Positions 40,976 through 53,725 of a DNA stretch of 64,000 nucleotides are shown here, one piece after another. Under the pieces are notes generated by a model, which did no database searches, was not told where the DNA came from, and saw only the letters and a program-made list of their open reading frames with translations. This DNA comes from Eledone cirrhosa (lineage: Eukaryota): assembly GCA_964016885.1 (NCBI GenBank), contig OZ024746.1, positions 85,684,001 to 85,748,000 of the forward strand. The letters are read 5' to 3'. Within the stretch, counting starts at the first letter, position 1, and every line of letters starts with the position of its first letter. The position numbers were made by a program, and so were the translations under genes.

Positions 40976-41136
40976 TTTTCTATTTGTGAGTTAATGTAAA
41001 GATAAAACAAAATGATGAGTTTCCGTTGAAAATCAAAATAAACGATTAAAATGTGAATAGTTCGCTAGGGGAATGTTAAGGTCCATTGCAATCTGGCACT
41101 AGCACACATACATAGATACATACACACACGCGTCAC

Positions 41137-41179
<43 letters not shown>

Positions 41180-41257
41180 TATATCAATGATAATATACTC
41201 CAGAAAAATTGTCGAGTGCTTCGAATCTGTTATAAATATATATATTTGTTGAATTAC

Positions 41258-41426
41258 CATTTTGGCACAAGGCCAGCAATTATTCCAGTGCATTACTGGT
41301 ACTTTATTTTATCGACCTCGTAAGGATGAAAGGCAAAGTTAACTCGGCGGGATTTGAACTCAGACCGTAAAGGGACATAACACTATGCTGGAAAGCATGG
41401 CATCCGACCCTCTACCGATACTGCCA
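41258..41426 (-). mobile_element. SINE, main family short variant
   Basis: Matches 40272-40465. Confidence 0.9.
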
Positions 41427-41489
41427 TGGCTGTAGCTGTGGCTGTGTGTGGCTATGGTTCTGGCTGGTAGCCACTGATTTGGAAGGGAA

Positions 41490-41720
41490 ACACGAAATAA
41501 AATCTGAAACAAATCCCTCTCCCAGGAACAATGGAAGATTCTACTCAATGCTCGAACAAAATAAAAAAAATGGACCAATTTACTGAGAAGTACATGGGTA
41601 TCTGAGACGGAAGAGAGACCACAGAGGAGATACATCATACTCAACGTCTGACATGTTCATAACATCCCACCTTGAGGGATACCTCCATACAATTCAGGAC
41701 AAGAAATTCACTAAAATGAC
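41490..41720 (+). pseudogene. Decayed R4/Dong-like retrotransposon fragment
   Basis: EVHGYLRRK and ITSHLEGYLHTIQD, resembling the HGxF/Y and ETEGFxxAIQDQ motifs. Confidence 0.45.
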
Positions 41721-41857
41721 ACTCACAAAACATCTACAAGTAAGGTTTGATGGTACTTACACCTGCATTTTATGAGTATTCTTTATGTCTCTTGGAATGA
41801 GCACCCAATTAGACATAAAACTGTACTGTAATCTTTTTTGCAATCACAAATGTCATT

Positions 41858-41937
<80 letters not shown>

Positions 41938-42514
41938 TGGGGGAGAGATGTGTTTTGCAGGACATTCTCTTATGATCACTAGTGTATGTATATACAGGGT
42001 CGGTCATCTATAAAAAAAAACCTTCATCAATCAGCTCTGTATAGACACGGGGTTATGCTCTGTTGACCTGAACAAGATGGATGGCGTGATCGAGTCGAAC
42101 AAATCTGAGCAAGTTCGTTCAGATGGTGTGGATTTTATCTAATATATGCTAACACTATTCGAGATAAATGTAGTTTGGAGGTTTCACACTATGTAAAAAG
42201 ACAGATATTTGATATCGATATATTTGTTTTACATATCTATATTCCATTTATCTTTAGTGTCTACAAAGGAATATTTATAAATAAATAAATTTTATTCCAA
42301 TAGCAGGAGCAACAACAACAACAATAAGATGAAGAGCAAGGAATATAATAGTAACTGTAGCAGCTGGAATAATAATTGTACCAGCGGCAGTTGTCTGGCA
42401 ATGTTTGGTGTCAAACGTGATGACGGATATAAAGACTATAAACTCTTATGAAAGAAATTACATCAAATAGTTTACAAGAACATCTTGGAACTTAACATAT
42501 CTTGTGTATGTATT

Positions 42515-42733
42515 TATTGTTGTTGTTGCTGATGTTGGTTGATGTTGCTGCTGTTGCTGTTGTTGTTATTGTTGCTGATACTGTGTTGTTGTTGATGTTG
42601 TTGCTGATGTTGGTTGCTGATACTGCTGTTGCTGTTGTTGTTATTGTTGCTGATACTGGTGTTGTTGTTGTTGTTGTTGCTGTTGTTGGTGTCGTTGTTG
42701 CTACTGCTGTTGTTGCTGCTATTGTTGTTGCTG

Positions 42734-42770
<37 letters not shown>

Positions 42771-43283
42771 GTTGCTGTTGTTGTTATTGTTGCTGCTGTT
42801 GTTGCTGCTGTTACTGGTGTTGTTTTTGCTGCTGTCGCTGCTGCTGTTGTTGCTACTGGTGTTGTTGTTGATACTGTTGTTGTTGTTGTTACTGTTGTTG
42901 TTGATACTGTTCTTTGTTGTTACTACTGTCGTTGTTACTGTTGTTGTTGTTACTACTGTTGTTGTCGTTACTGCTGCTGTTGTTGCTACTTTTGTTGTTT
43001 TACTACTGCTTTTGTAGTTGTTACTGGAATCGTTGTTGTTGCTGCTACTGTTGTTGTTGTTACTACTGTTGTTGTTGTTGTTGCTACTGTTGTTGTTGTT
43101 ACTACTGTTGTTGTTGTTGCTTTTGTCGTTGTTACTGTTTTTGTTGTTACTACTGTTGTTGTTGTTACTACTGTTGTTGTTGTTACTACTGTCGTTGTTA
43201 CTGTTTTTGTTGTTACTACTGTTGTTGTTGCTGTTACTGGTGTTGTTGTTACTGGAGTTGTTGTTACTGTTGTTGTTGTTGTA
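42515..43283. repeat. Degenerate (TTG)/(CTG)/(CTA) trinucleotide tract
   Basis: Direct. Confidence 0.96.
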
Positions 43284-43289
43284 GACACA

Positions 43290-45200
43290 GCAGCTAAATC
43301 TTCAATTCACACCCTACCATATTAAGAAAAGACGAGTTCTGAAGGAACTTATACATGTTCACTCGACTTGCTAGAAATAGCAGCTACATCTCCGTCAAAT
43401 AACGCACTATCATCTTTGATAAGAATATACACAATGTCTGAAATACGATGAGACGGTCGTAGCGAGAACCCCTTTGATCATATGTCTGCCTAATCAGGGA
43501 TATACAACAGTGTAGTCCTACATACAACTAACAAGACTGGTTGGTTACGGCTGAAATAGCGAGAGCAACAACGAAAGCAACAGCGGCAGCAACAGAAACA
43601 GCAAGAGTAATGGTGGCAACGACCATAGCAACAGAAACGACACGAAGCAGCTGAAATTTAAAAGAGAAGTAATTGTAACTAAAATAATAGAAGCAACAGT
43701 AACAGCAGCTTCCACAAAATGACAATAACAGTCAAATGTGCTAACGTGGAAGCATATACGTGATTGCTTGACGTACTAGAAATAGCAACTATTTCTTCCT
43801 CAAATCACACCCGGCAACCATATTTAAGGACATATTTAATAATGTAGTCCTTGATACAATAGGTCTGAAAAAGATATAAGGAACTCGATTAGGCAGGGTC
43901 GTTAGAGCGTTGGATATTTGTTCCGGATCTCTGTGTTTCAAGTTCAAATCTCACCGAAGTCTACATTAGCTTTCATCCTTTCTGGGTCGATAAAGAAAGT
44001 ACCATCTTAGTGCTGGTGCAGCCCTCATTCCTTCCAGTTGTTACAGCCTAGATGTTCTACTGGATCAAAGGATAGATGATTGAAAGGGTGTTTGTATCTC
44101 CTCGTAACTACATAGGCACCTAAAGCCCTTAACGAAAGCATGGTACATGCTAGCAAGTCATATGCGATTGCGAGTGACGTCTGTAGCTAGAAAAAGGTGT
44201 GAGATAGGCGGGCTAGAACATTTTTGATCATAGTTTTGCTCCGAACTGATCTGGAGCTAAGCCTTTGTATGGTTGTTCAATCTTCTACAAATAGTAACAA
44301 TCAAATCTCCCTCAAATCCCGCCTTTCGGAGGAGGGGGGTTAGGGACATTGGAACACCTTTGATCATATAGCTGTTCGATCAGAGTTGGCCTGAGGCTAA
44401 ATAACAGCAGTAATAAAAATAACATTAGCTACAACAATAACCCGAGCAGCAATAACCCGAGCAGTAGCAAAAAAGACAACAAGAGCAGTAACAACGACAT
44501 GTTTGAGATGAGCCAATGAGAAAACACCTATATTGTCTTTCAACCAGCAAGAAGTAGCAGCCAGATTTTACTCAAATTATACCCTACTGTCTTAAAAAGT
44601 AACTTATATGTCAAAAAAATAAATAAATAAATAAAAATACACGATGGGCATGATTGGAACATCTTTGATCTTAAGTATGTTAAATCGGGTTTTACCTAGG
44701 GCTAAACAACAACAACGTATACGAAATGCAGTTGCCAAGAGGAAGTCACGGTATTGGCGCTCAAATTGGTTGAAATAACAGCCACATTTCTCACATATCT
44801 CTCTAACACCTTAAAAAGAAGTATGGACATATTGGATAATATAGTAGAAGACGCACTAAGTCTGAAAAATAAAATAACAACCGAGTGGTGACACTTGAAA
44901 TGCCTTTGATAAGAGATCCGCTGATTTAGGCTTAAGGAACATGTATACGACACATGACTATAAATATTTGAAATTTTGAGACACTCATCAGGTACATAGC
45001 AACAGAAAAAACATCCAAAGCGGAAGCCGCTCTGTGGTTGCTCAACCGGCATGAATAACAGTCAAATTCGATTCAAATCACACCTTACTGTCTAGGAAAA
45101 GGAAGAATGCATTGTATAATGTGGTCTTAAAATATCAAAATGACAGAATGGTTATAGTTGTGCCTTTGGTCATAGTTCCATCAGGACAAAGAACAACAAC
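43290..45200 (+). mobile_element. Cluster of about 7 same-orientation family D repeats
   Basis: Heads (TAGCAGC..AAAT..CAAATCACACCC) near 43290, 43375, 43780, 44290, 44553, 44772 and 45055; TTTGATCATA-like motifs near 43473, 44222, 44359, 44664, 44905 and 45165. Confidence 0.78.
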
Positions 45201-45264
45201 AAGAAGAATATACACTGCAACAACAACAACAACCAAATTTGTTCCTTTGAAAATAAGTGTGAAC

Positions 45265-45720
45265 GCAGCATGGCCGAATGGTTAAGAAGTTCGCTTTGCA
45301 CTCATAAGTTCCAGGATTCGATTCCACTGTGTAGCATCTTGGTTAGGTGTGAGAAGTAAATATTTCGGATATTACCAATACGATATCTCCATCTCTATCT
45401 AATGGATGAGTTGAAATAAACTGATGGAAATACTGCTAAGGTAATGGCGTCGCCAAGGTTAGTAAAACTATAGGTTTCTGAGAAGTCGTGAAATGACGCA
45501 AGCCTTTGTAAATGAAATTAGATCGACAGAAACTGCATGAAAATTCGTTAGATGAACAGTATCACATACTGTTTCAAATTGAATCTCCCCGAGAATTACG
45601 TTAAGGGTACGCCTCTCGGTGGAATGCTCAGCTACCAACACGTTACTTTCACGGGCAGGATGTTCTGTTTGGAACACTCGTCGTCGAAACCGACGGAGGT
45701 CGATTGAAGAGAAGTGTTCT
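45265..45720 (+). mobile_element. tRNA-derived SINE (second family), interrupted at about 45350-45485
   Basis: GCATGGCCGAATGGTTAAGAAGTTCGCTT..GATTCGATTCC head; 3' part has an inverted homolog at about 54930-55080. Confidence 0.7.
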
Positions 45721-45889
45721 AGTTTTCTCTAGTTCTGAAAACGTATGAGAGATATATTCCCGAATTATTCATATCTCGGAAATCGAGAAAGAAAGAGGGA
45801 AAAAATTCACAATGAATCATTGATGAAATAAAATACATGGTGAGATGGATTGGGGGAATAGGAACAAAAACATTGGGATAGGAGAGGCC

Positions 45890-46515
45890 CATGGTGGTAG
45901 TGGTGGTTGTGGTGTTGTTGGTGGTGGTGATGGTGGTGGTGTTGTGATGGGGGTGATGGTGGTGGTGGTGGTAGCGGCAGTTGTGGTGAAATTTGGGGTA
46001 GTGGTGGTGGTGGCGTGGTGGTGGTGGTGGTGGTGGTGGTGGTGGTGGCGGAGGCGGTGGTGGTGGTGGAGGTGGTGTGGTGGTGGTGTTGTTGGTGGTG
46101 GTGGTGATGGTGGTGGTGGTGTTGTGGTGAAATTTGGGGTAGTGGTGGTGGTGGCGTGGTGGTGGTGGTGGTGGTGGTGGTGGTGGCGGAGGCGGTGGTG
46201 GTGGTGGTGGAGGTGGTGTGGTGGTGGTGGTTGTGGTGGTGGTGGTTGTGGTGAAATTTGGGGTAGTGGTGGTGGTGGTGGTGAAGATGGTGGTGCTGTT
46301 GCTGCTGCTGCTACTACTACTGCTGATGGTAAAGGTAATAGTGGTGATGATGATCATGTTGGCAATGGTGGTGGTAGTTGGGGTAATGGTAATGGCAATG
46401 ATGAAAGTGAGAGGGTGACGACGACGACAACGACGACGACAACGACAAAGACGACGATGATGATAATGATGATGAAGATAATGGTAGTGATGGTGCTGTT
46501 TGAGGTGGTGGTGGG
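45890..46515. repeat. (GGT)n tract with a higher-order unit (GTGAAATTTGGGGTAG, 3 copies)
   Basis: Direct. Confidence 0.95.
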
Positions 46516-46520
46516 GACTT

Positions 46521-46870
46521 GGATCTAAAGATAAAAGACAAAAGAGAGCTCTAACTAAATTTATCGATTTGACTACGTGTCTGCCATTTTATCGGTCTTA
46601 TCTCAGCTGTCTGTTAGTTTGTCTGTGTGTCAGTGTCAGTGTTTGACATTTCCAGTCGATGCAAGAACTTCACAAATTTTCCCACGTGACCCGTCTCGAA
46701 TTAGGGGAAATAACATAACACCTGTGACGTGGTGGGCTCAGAACGTTGAAATTTTGCATGGGAAATAAAGGTTCTGAGTTCAAATTTAGTACAAAAATAA
46801 TGTAACTATGTATAAAAAGAGTGGATTCCGCTAAAGGACCCCATGGACCAGGTTGTGGTGTCAAATTGGG
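46521..46870. mobile_element. Possible HINE/DINE-like element remnant
   Basis: ATCTAAAGATAAAAG start, TGTCTG-rich block, TTGAAATTTTGCA motif. Confidence 0.35.
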
Positions 46871-47438
46871 TAGCGTATGACGCCTCCCACATAAGTAGGC
46901 CATGGTGTAATTTAAATTCAGACCTCAGAAGGCAAAGAGCCGAAACAAATATCGCAAGGCATCTTGTCCCAACCCTCGAGCGATTCTGCCACTCCTCCAC
47001 CCTAAACGGATACTTTATTTAAATAAAATGAAATACCATTTATTGCAGAAATACATTCTGTTTTAGTTGTGAATTTTTCAAACAAAACTGCACTCACCTC
47101 AAACATGGATTCTTTCATTGTTCCCCACAACCAAAAAGTATTTTCCTTTTAACCATTACTTTTTTAACAATTAAATATGCTGCTACAGGTGCATTTTGTA
47201 CTCTCAGTCGCTTCACACCATGAAACCGGGATAAGCACTGACCTAACGAGCCTTCTGGACGAGATCAATTTTGCTTTTCATCTTTGCTCATACCTTTTTT
47301 TTTATGAAACCTTTGCGGCTTGTATGAAACAACAAAGTTCCTAAATCTATAATCTAATCAATGTTTCCCAGTCTCATCATCAGGATGTGGAATGTTGTTG
47401 GCTTATTTTTGCTGTATCTTTAATTGTAAGCTGATATG

Positions 47439-47643
47439 CAGGGTAGGCCAAAAGTCACTTCTTACCTATTTTTATTAATAAAACATTACAAATTAACTCA
47501 AAATTAATTTTTTTTATCTTTAAATTAAATTTCATAATTGGATCTTGTTTTTATTCAACTTTAATCCGAAACAAAATAAATATTTGAATAATAATAAAAA
47601 TTATGATTTTTTTTTAATAGAAAGTGACTTTTGGCCCACCCTA
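47439..47643. mobile_element. Tc1/mariner-type MITE
   Basis: CAGGGTAGGCCAAAAGTCACTT ... AAGTGACTTTTGGCCCACCCTA|TA. Confidence 0.85.
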
Positions 47644-48157
47644 TACTTTATGAAATTTTATGCAATTCTTTCTTCGACAGCATTGTAATGACTTCCTTAA
47701 CCGAGTTTGAAACTTGAAACTTGACTGCTTTACTTATGCCTGTTTATGCGTGTGTATGGTGTTTCAGTGGTTAGCACTGTATTGTGGTTTGTGTGTAATT
47801 CTGCAAAATACGAACACGTGGGTCGACTGAAACATTCGTATACTGACCAAGATACTCTCATGGAATGATAAAATTAGGTTTATTTTTCAACATACTCCCT
47901 GAGGAGGGCCTCGACAGGGGAAGGTCCAACCCTGCATAAAGACTTCAATGTGAAGAAATTTTCAGGCTGGGGGATCCCATGCAATCTTAATCTGCCCATG
48001 TTCAAAAGTGCTTCAATATTTTAGTTATGTATTTTCAGGACTCACAGAAAATGTACCAATCTTTGAAAATACAATCACTGATCCAGTCCCTTTGGTATTG
48101 TCTATATTATACACTGTGTTTTCCTTTTGTGGATAGTAAGGAATCCCAACAATCTTA

Positions 48158-48329
48158 CGAGGGCTGGTTGAAAAGTCCATAGGCTGACCAAAATACTCTC
48201 ATGGAATGACAAAATTCGGTTTATTTTTCAACATAGTCCCTGGAAAGTTGAAATTAATGTATGCAAGATTTCATAGTTTTAACATCATTTTAGACATAGT
48301 CCTCCTATGAACTTTTCAGCCAGCCATCG
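48158..48329. mobile_element. Mariner-type MITE
   Basis: TA|CGAGGGCTGGTTGAAAAGTCCATAGG ... CCTATGAACTTTTCAGCCAGCCATCG|TA; a diverged left-end copy lies at about 47815-47900. Confidence 0.88.
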
Positions 48330-48374
48330 TATATCGTCGTTAATGTTTTCCTATCCAGGTTTGTTTTGTGGTGT

Positions 48375-51273
48375 GTCATGTAGTGTGTTACAATTGTCAT
48401 GTAGTGTGTTGTAATTGTCATGTAGTGTGTTGTAATTGTCATGTAGTGTGTTACAATTAGCATGTAGTGTGTTACAATTGTCATGTAGTGTGTTGTAATT
48501 GTCATATAGTGTGTTACAATTGTCATGTAGTGTGTTGTAATTGTCATGTAGTGTGTTGTAATTGTCATGTAGTGTGTTACAATTGTCATGTAGCGTGTTA
48601 CAATTGTCATGTAGCGTGTTACAATTGTCATGTAGTGTGTTGTAATTGTCATGTAGTGTGTTACAATTGTCATGTAGCGTGTTACAATTGTCATGTAGTG
48701 TGTTACAATTGTCATGTAGTGTGTTGTAATTGTCATGTAGTGTGTTACAATTGTCATGTAGTGTGTTACAATTGTCATGTAGTGTGTTGTAATTGTCATG
48801 TAGTGTGTTACAATTGTCATGTAGCGTGTTACAATTGTCATGTAGCGTGTTACAATTGTCATGTAGTGTGTTTCAATTGTCATGTAGTGTGTTACAATTG
48901 TCATGTAGTGTGTTACAATTGTCATGTAGTGTGTTGTAATTGTCATGTAGTGTGTTACAATTGTCATGTAGTGTGTTGTAATTGTCATGTAGTGTGTTGT
49001 AATTGTCATGTAGTGTGTTACAATTGTCATGTAGTGCGTTACAATTGTCATGTAGTGTGTTACAATTGTCATGTAGTGTGTTGTAATTGTCATGTAGTGT
49101 GTTACAATTGTCATGTAGTGTGTTACAATTGTCATGTAGTGTGTTACAATTGTCATGTAGTGTGTTTCAATTGTCATGTAGTGTGTTGTAATTGTCATGT
49201 AGTGTGTTGTAATTGTCATATAGTGTGTTACAATTGTCATGTAGTGTGTTACAATTGTCATGTAGCGTGTTACAATTGTCATGTAGCGTGTTACAATTGT
49301 CATGTAGTGTGTTACAATTGTCACGTAGTGTGTTGTAATTGTCATGTAGTGTGTTGTAATTGTCATGTAGTGTGTTACAATTGTCATGTAGTGTGTTGTA
49401 ATTGTCATATAGTGTGTTACAATTGTCATGTAGTGTGTTACAATTGTCATGTAATGTGTTACAATTGTCATGTAGTGTGTTACAATTGTCATGTAGTGTG
49501 TTGTAATTGTCATGTAGTGTGTTACAATTGTCATGTAGTGTGTTGTAATTGTCATGTAGTGTGTTGTAATTGTCATGTAGTGTGTTACAATTGTCATGTA
49601 GTGTGTTACAATTGTCATGTAGTGTGTTGTAATTGTCATGTAGTGTGTTACAAACGTCACGTAGTGTGTTACAATTGTCATGTAGTGTGTTACAATTGTC
49701 ATGTAGTGTGTTGTAATTGTCATGTAGTGCGTTGTAATTGTCATGTAGTGTGTTACAATTGTCATGTAATGTGTTACAATTGTCATGTAGTGTGTTACAA
49801 TTGTCATGTAGTGTGTTACAATTGTCATGTAGTGTGTTGTAATTGTCATGTAGTGTGTTACAATTGTCATGTAGTGCGTTACAATTGTCATGTAGTGTGT
49901 TACAATTGTCATGTAGCGTGTTACAATTGTCATGTAGTGTGTTACAATTGTCATGTAGTGTGTTACAATTGTCATGTAGTGTGTTGTAATTGTCATGTAG
50001 TGTGTTACAATTGTCATGTAGTGTGTTACAATTGTCATGTAATGTGTTACAATTGTCATGTAGTGTGTTACAATTGTCATGTAGTGTGTTACAATTGTCA
50101 TGTAGTGTGTTGTAATTGTCATGTAGTGTGTTACAATTGTCATGTAGTGTGTTTCAATTGTCATGTAGTGTGTTGTAATTGTCATGTAGTGTGTTACAAT
50201 TGTCATGTAGTGTGTTAAAATCGTCATGTAGCGTGATACAATTGTCATGTAGTGTGTTACAATTGTCATGTAGTGTGTTGTAATTGTCATGTAGTGTGTT
50301 GTAATTGTCATGTAGTGTGTTACAATCGTCATGTAGTGTGTTGTAATTGTCATGTAGTGTGTTATAATTGTCATGTAGTGTGTTGTAATTGTCATGTAGT
50401 GTGTTACAATTGTCATGTAATGTGTTACAATTGTCATGTAGTGTGTTGTAATTGTCATGTAGTGTGTTACAATTGTCATGTAGTGTGTTACAATTGTCAT
50501 GCAGTGTGTTGTAATTGTCATGCAGTGTGTTGTAATTGTCATGTAGTGTGTTACAATTGTCATGTAGTGTGTTGTAATTGTCATGTAGTGTGTTACAACT
50601 GCCATGTAGTGTGTTGTAATTGTCATATAGTGTGTTACAATTGTCATGTAGTGTGTTACAATTGTCATATAGTGTGTTACAATTGTCATGTAGTGTGTTA
50701 CAATTGTCATGTAGTGTGTTGTAATTGTCATGTAGTGTGTTACAATTGTCATGCAGTGTGTTGTAATTGTCATGCAGTGTGTTGTAATTGTCATGTAGTG
50801 TGTTGTAATTGTCATGTAGTGTGTTACAATTGTCATGTAGTGTGTTACAATTGTCATGTAGCGTGTTACAATTGTCATGTAGTGTGTTACAATTGTCATG
50901 TAGTGTGTTGTAATTGTCATGTAGTGTGTTACAATTGTCATGCAGTGTGTTGTAATTGTCATGCAGTGTGTTGTAATTGTCATGTAGTGTGTTGTAATTG
51001 TCATGTAGTGTGTTACAATTGTCATGCAGTGTGTTGTAATTGTCATGTAGTGTGTTGTAATTATCATGTAATGTGTTACAATTGTCATGTAGTGTGTTGT
51101 AATTGTCATGTAGTGTGTTACAATTGTCATGCAGTGTGTTGTAATTGTCATGCAGTGTGTTGTAATTGTCATGTAGTATGTTACAATTGTCACGTAGTGT
51201 GTTGTAATTGTCATGTAGTGTGTTGTAATTGTCATGTAGTGTGTTACAATTGTCATGTAGTGTGTTACAATTG
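48375..51273. repeat. 21-bp minisatellite, about 138 units, two main variants GTCATGTAGTGTGTT[ACA/GTA]ATT
   Basis: Direct; count from length/21. Confidence 0.99.
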
Positions 51274-51321
51274 CTCCTTGTTGAAAATGAGTGTTGTACA
51301 TATATCCACACATGCATGTTG

Positions 51322-51560
51322 CGTGTGTGTGTGTGTGTGTGTGTGAGAGTGTGTGCGTGTGTGTATATGTGTGTGTGAGTGTGTGTGTGTGAGTGTGTGT
51401 GTATGTGTGTGTGTATGTGTGTGTGAATGTGTGTGTATATGTGTGTGTGTATGTGTGCGTATGTGTGTGTATGTGTGAGGATGTGTGTATGTGTGTGCGT
51501 ATGTGTGTGTGAGTGTGTGTTTGTATGTGTGTGAGTGTGTGTGTATGTATGTGTGTGTGC
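51322..51560. repeat. Degenerate (TG)n
   Basis: Direct. Confidence 0.95.
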
Positions 51561-52229
51561 TTATCCCATAACTTATTCAGTTCGACAAAAAATATCGATA
51601 AACTAAGTACCAGACTTGAAGAAATAAGAACTGGTGTAGATAGGATCGACTAAATCCCAGTAAAAGAATAAAATAATTGGCTAATATCATTTTAGTTATT
51701 TCAGCAAGTACGGAAGACAACTGCAGACATGTTTCTGTTTATGACTTCAGTAGTGAACAATAGACTTCCCTGTGATTGCCGAAACTCACACAACAGCCTT
51801 GTATATAATTTTTATTTTTCCTAACCAGATATATTCGATAACAAAGTAATCCCTCTATATTAAAAAAAAAGTCGGCAGAAAAGACTTTGATCATAGATCT
51901 GTTCCATCAGAACTGACCTAAAACAACAACAATAACAACAACAACAATGCAATAACAACAGGAACTAAATAACAACACCAAACTTATTGATTTTCCTGCC
52001 ATTTTTTCCTGGGCAATAAATAAATAAATATGCCGTAGAGCTGCAGAAAATAGGTTTCCTTGGTAAATTATTTTCAAGATTCGGATTGACTGTCATTTTG
52101 TTTCACAGATAAATAAATACTAAACAAAAACAACAAATTTTCTTTTTTTTATCCTGCTTCATGAAAATCCAATATAAATCTACCTTTATATAGAGATTCG
52201 CCTCTCTAAAACATCATTTATTTATTTAT

Positions 52230-52744
<515 letters not shown>

Positions 52745-52839
52745 AATGAGAAAAAGATAGGGAATAATGAAGAGAAAAGTACCACTCAAAATATATGTGC
52801 ATTTGAAGAAAATATATCTCATCATAGTGATTGGCATGT

Positions 52840-53025
52840 TAATGTTACTATTACCAAATGCAAAATAGCATGTGAGTGTTAACATTTTCATGTAGAAAAT
52901 AGACCACATATGTTACTATTGTTATATGGAATATGGCCAGTAGATGCTACTATTATCACATGGGAAATAGCCTGTAAGTACTGTTATTATCATCTAGAGA
53001 ATAGCTTATGTCATTGTACTATTCA
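52840..53025. repeat. Old degenerate tandem repeat, about 35-bp unit
   Basis: ATGTTACTATT...AAATAGC motif recurs about 5 times. Confidence 0.6.
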
Positions 53026-53401
53026 TTAGCCAGAAATTAAAGATAGTATGAAAAATGTATAGTTATAATAGCAGCTTAAAATCAATATATCCGCACATTG
53101 CAATAAAAACCGCAAATAGCCAGACAAATAGAATAATGGACAATAAACCGAAATGTTGGCAGTTACCATTCTGATACTGGCTTTGCGCTGGGTCTATAGC
53201 CAAGACACAGAGCTCACAACCATCCTGTAAAATTCACTCTATATAAATACCATACTGTAAGATTTCTCCAAAGATTATAACAGAAACAAAAAAATAAATC
53301 AAACTGGAAAATCAAACGAAAATACAACAAAATTAGAAGAAATATGGAAATAAAACGTTACAGGATTGTGAGAAATTAGTACATGAAAAATGAATATAAC
53401 A

Positions 53402-53550
53402 ATGTATGGCCCCGTAACTCCTGTCAGAGTCGTGGGGGCGTCATATTGACATACGGCGTTTCTTGGGCATTTTAAGCCTGGCAGAGTCCATCCCTCTCCA
53501 AATCTAAGTACAACAGATTTCGTCCAGAGAAAGATAGAAAGAGGAAATGA
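53402..53550 (-). mobile_element. Family E repeat, second copy
   Basis: Reverse complement of 32670-32800. Confidence 0.75.
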
Positions 53551-53574
53551 GAAAGAGATATAGAGGAAGAATCG

Positions 53575-53725
53575 TACTAGACTGGTACTTATTTTTAGTG
53601 ACCTCGAAAGGATGAAAGGCAAAGTTGACCTCGGCGGGATTTGAACTCAGAGAGCAGCGAGCCGGGACGAATACCATAAAGCATTTCTATTCGACGTTCT
53701 GACGACTCAGCCAATTCGCTACCAT
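53575..53725 (-). mobile_element. SINE, main family (older subfamily)
   Basis: ACTGGTACTTATTTT..GGATGAAAGGCAAAGTTGACCTCGGCGGGATTTGAACTCAG. Confidence 0.88.

Noticed and set aside
45350-45486. 8-bp direct repeat TGAGAAGT as TSD of an insertion in a SINE
   Set aside because: No TIRs or tail inside, and the SINE alignment boundary is ambiguous
47355-47390. Minus-strand CTGATGA..GAAAC (similar weak hits near 44985 and 59893)
   Set aside because: No base-paired stem II
48375-51273. CRISPR array
   Set aside because: Units are contiguous with no unique spacers, and there are no cas genes
48467-51346. Giant multiheme cytochrome c (repeated CxxCH)
   Set aside because: The motif comes from a near-identical 21-bp tandem unit with little synonymous variation, 7-residue spacing, an internal stop at 50216-50218, no signal peptide and no maturation genes, in eukaryotic repeat DNA
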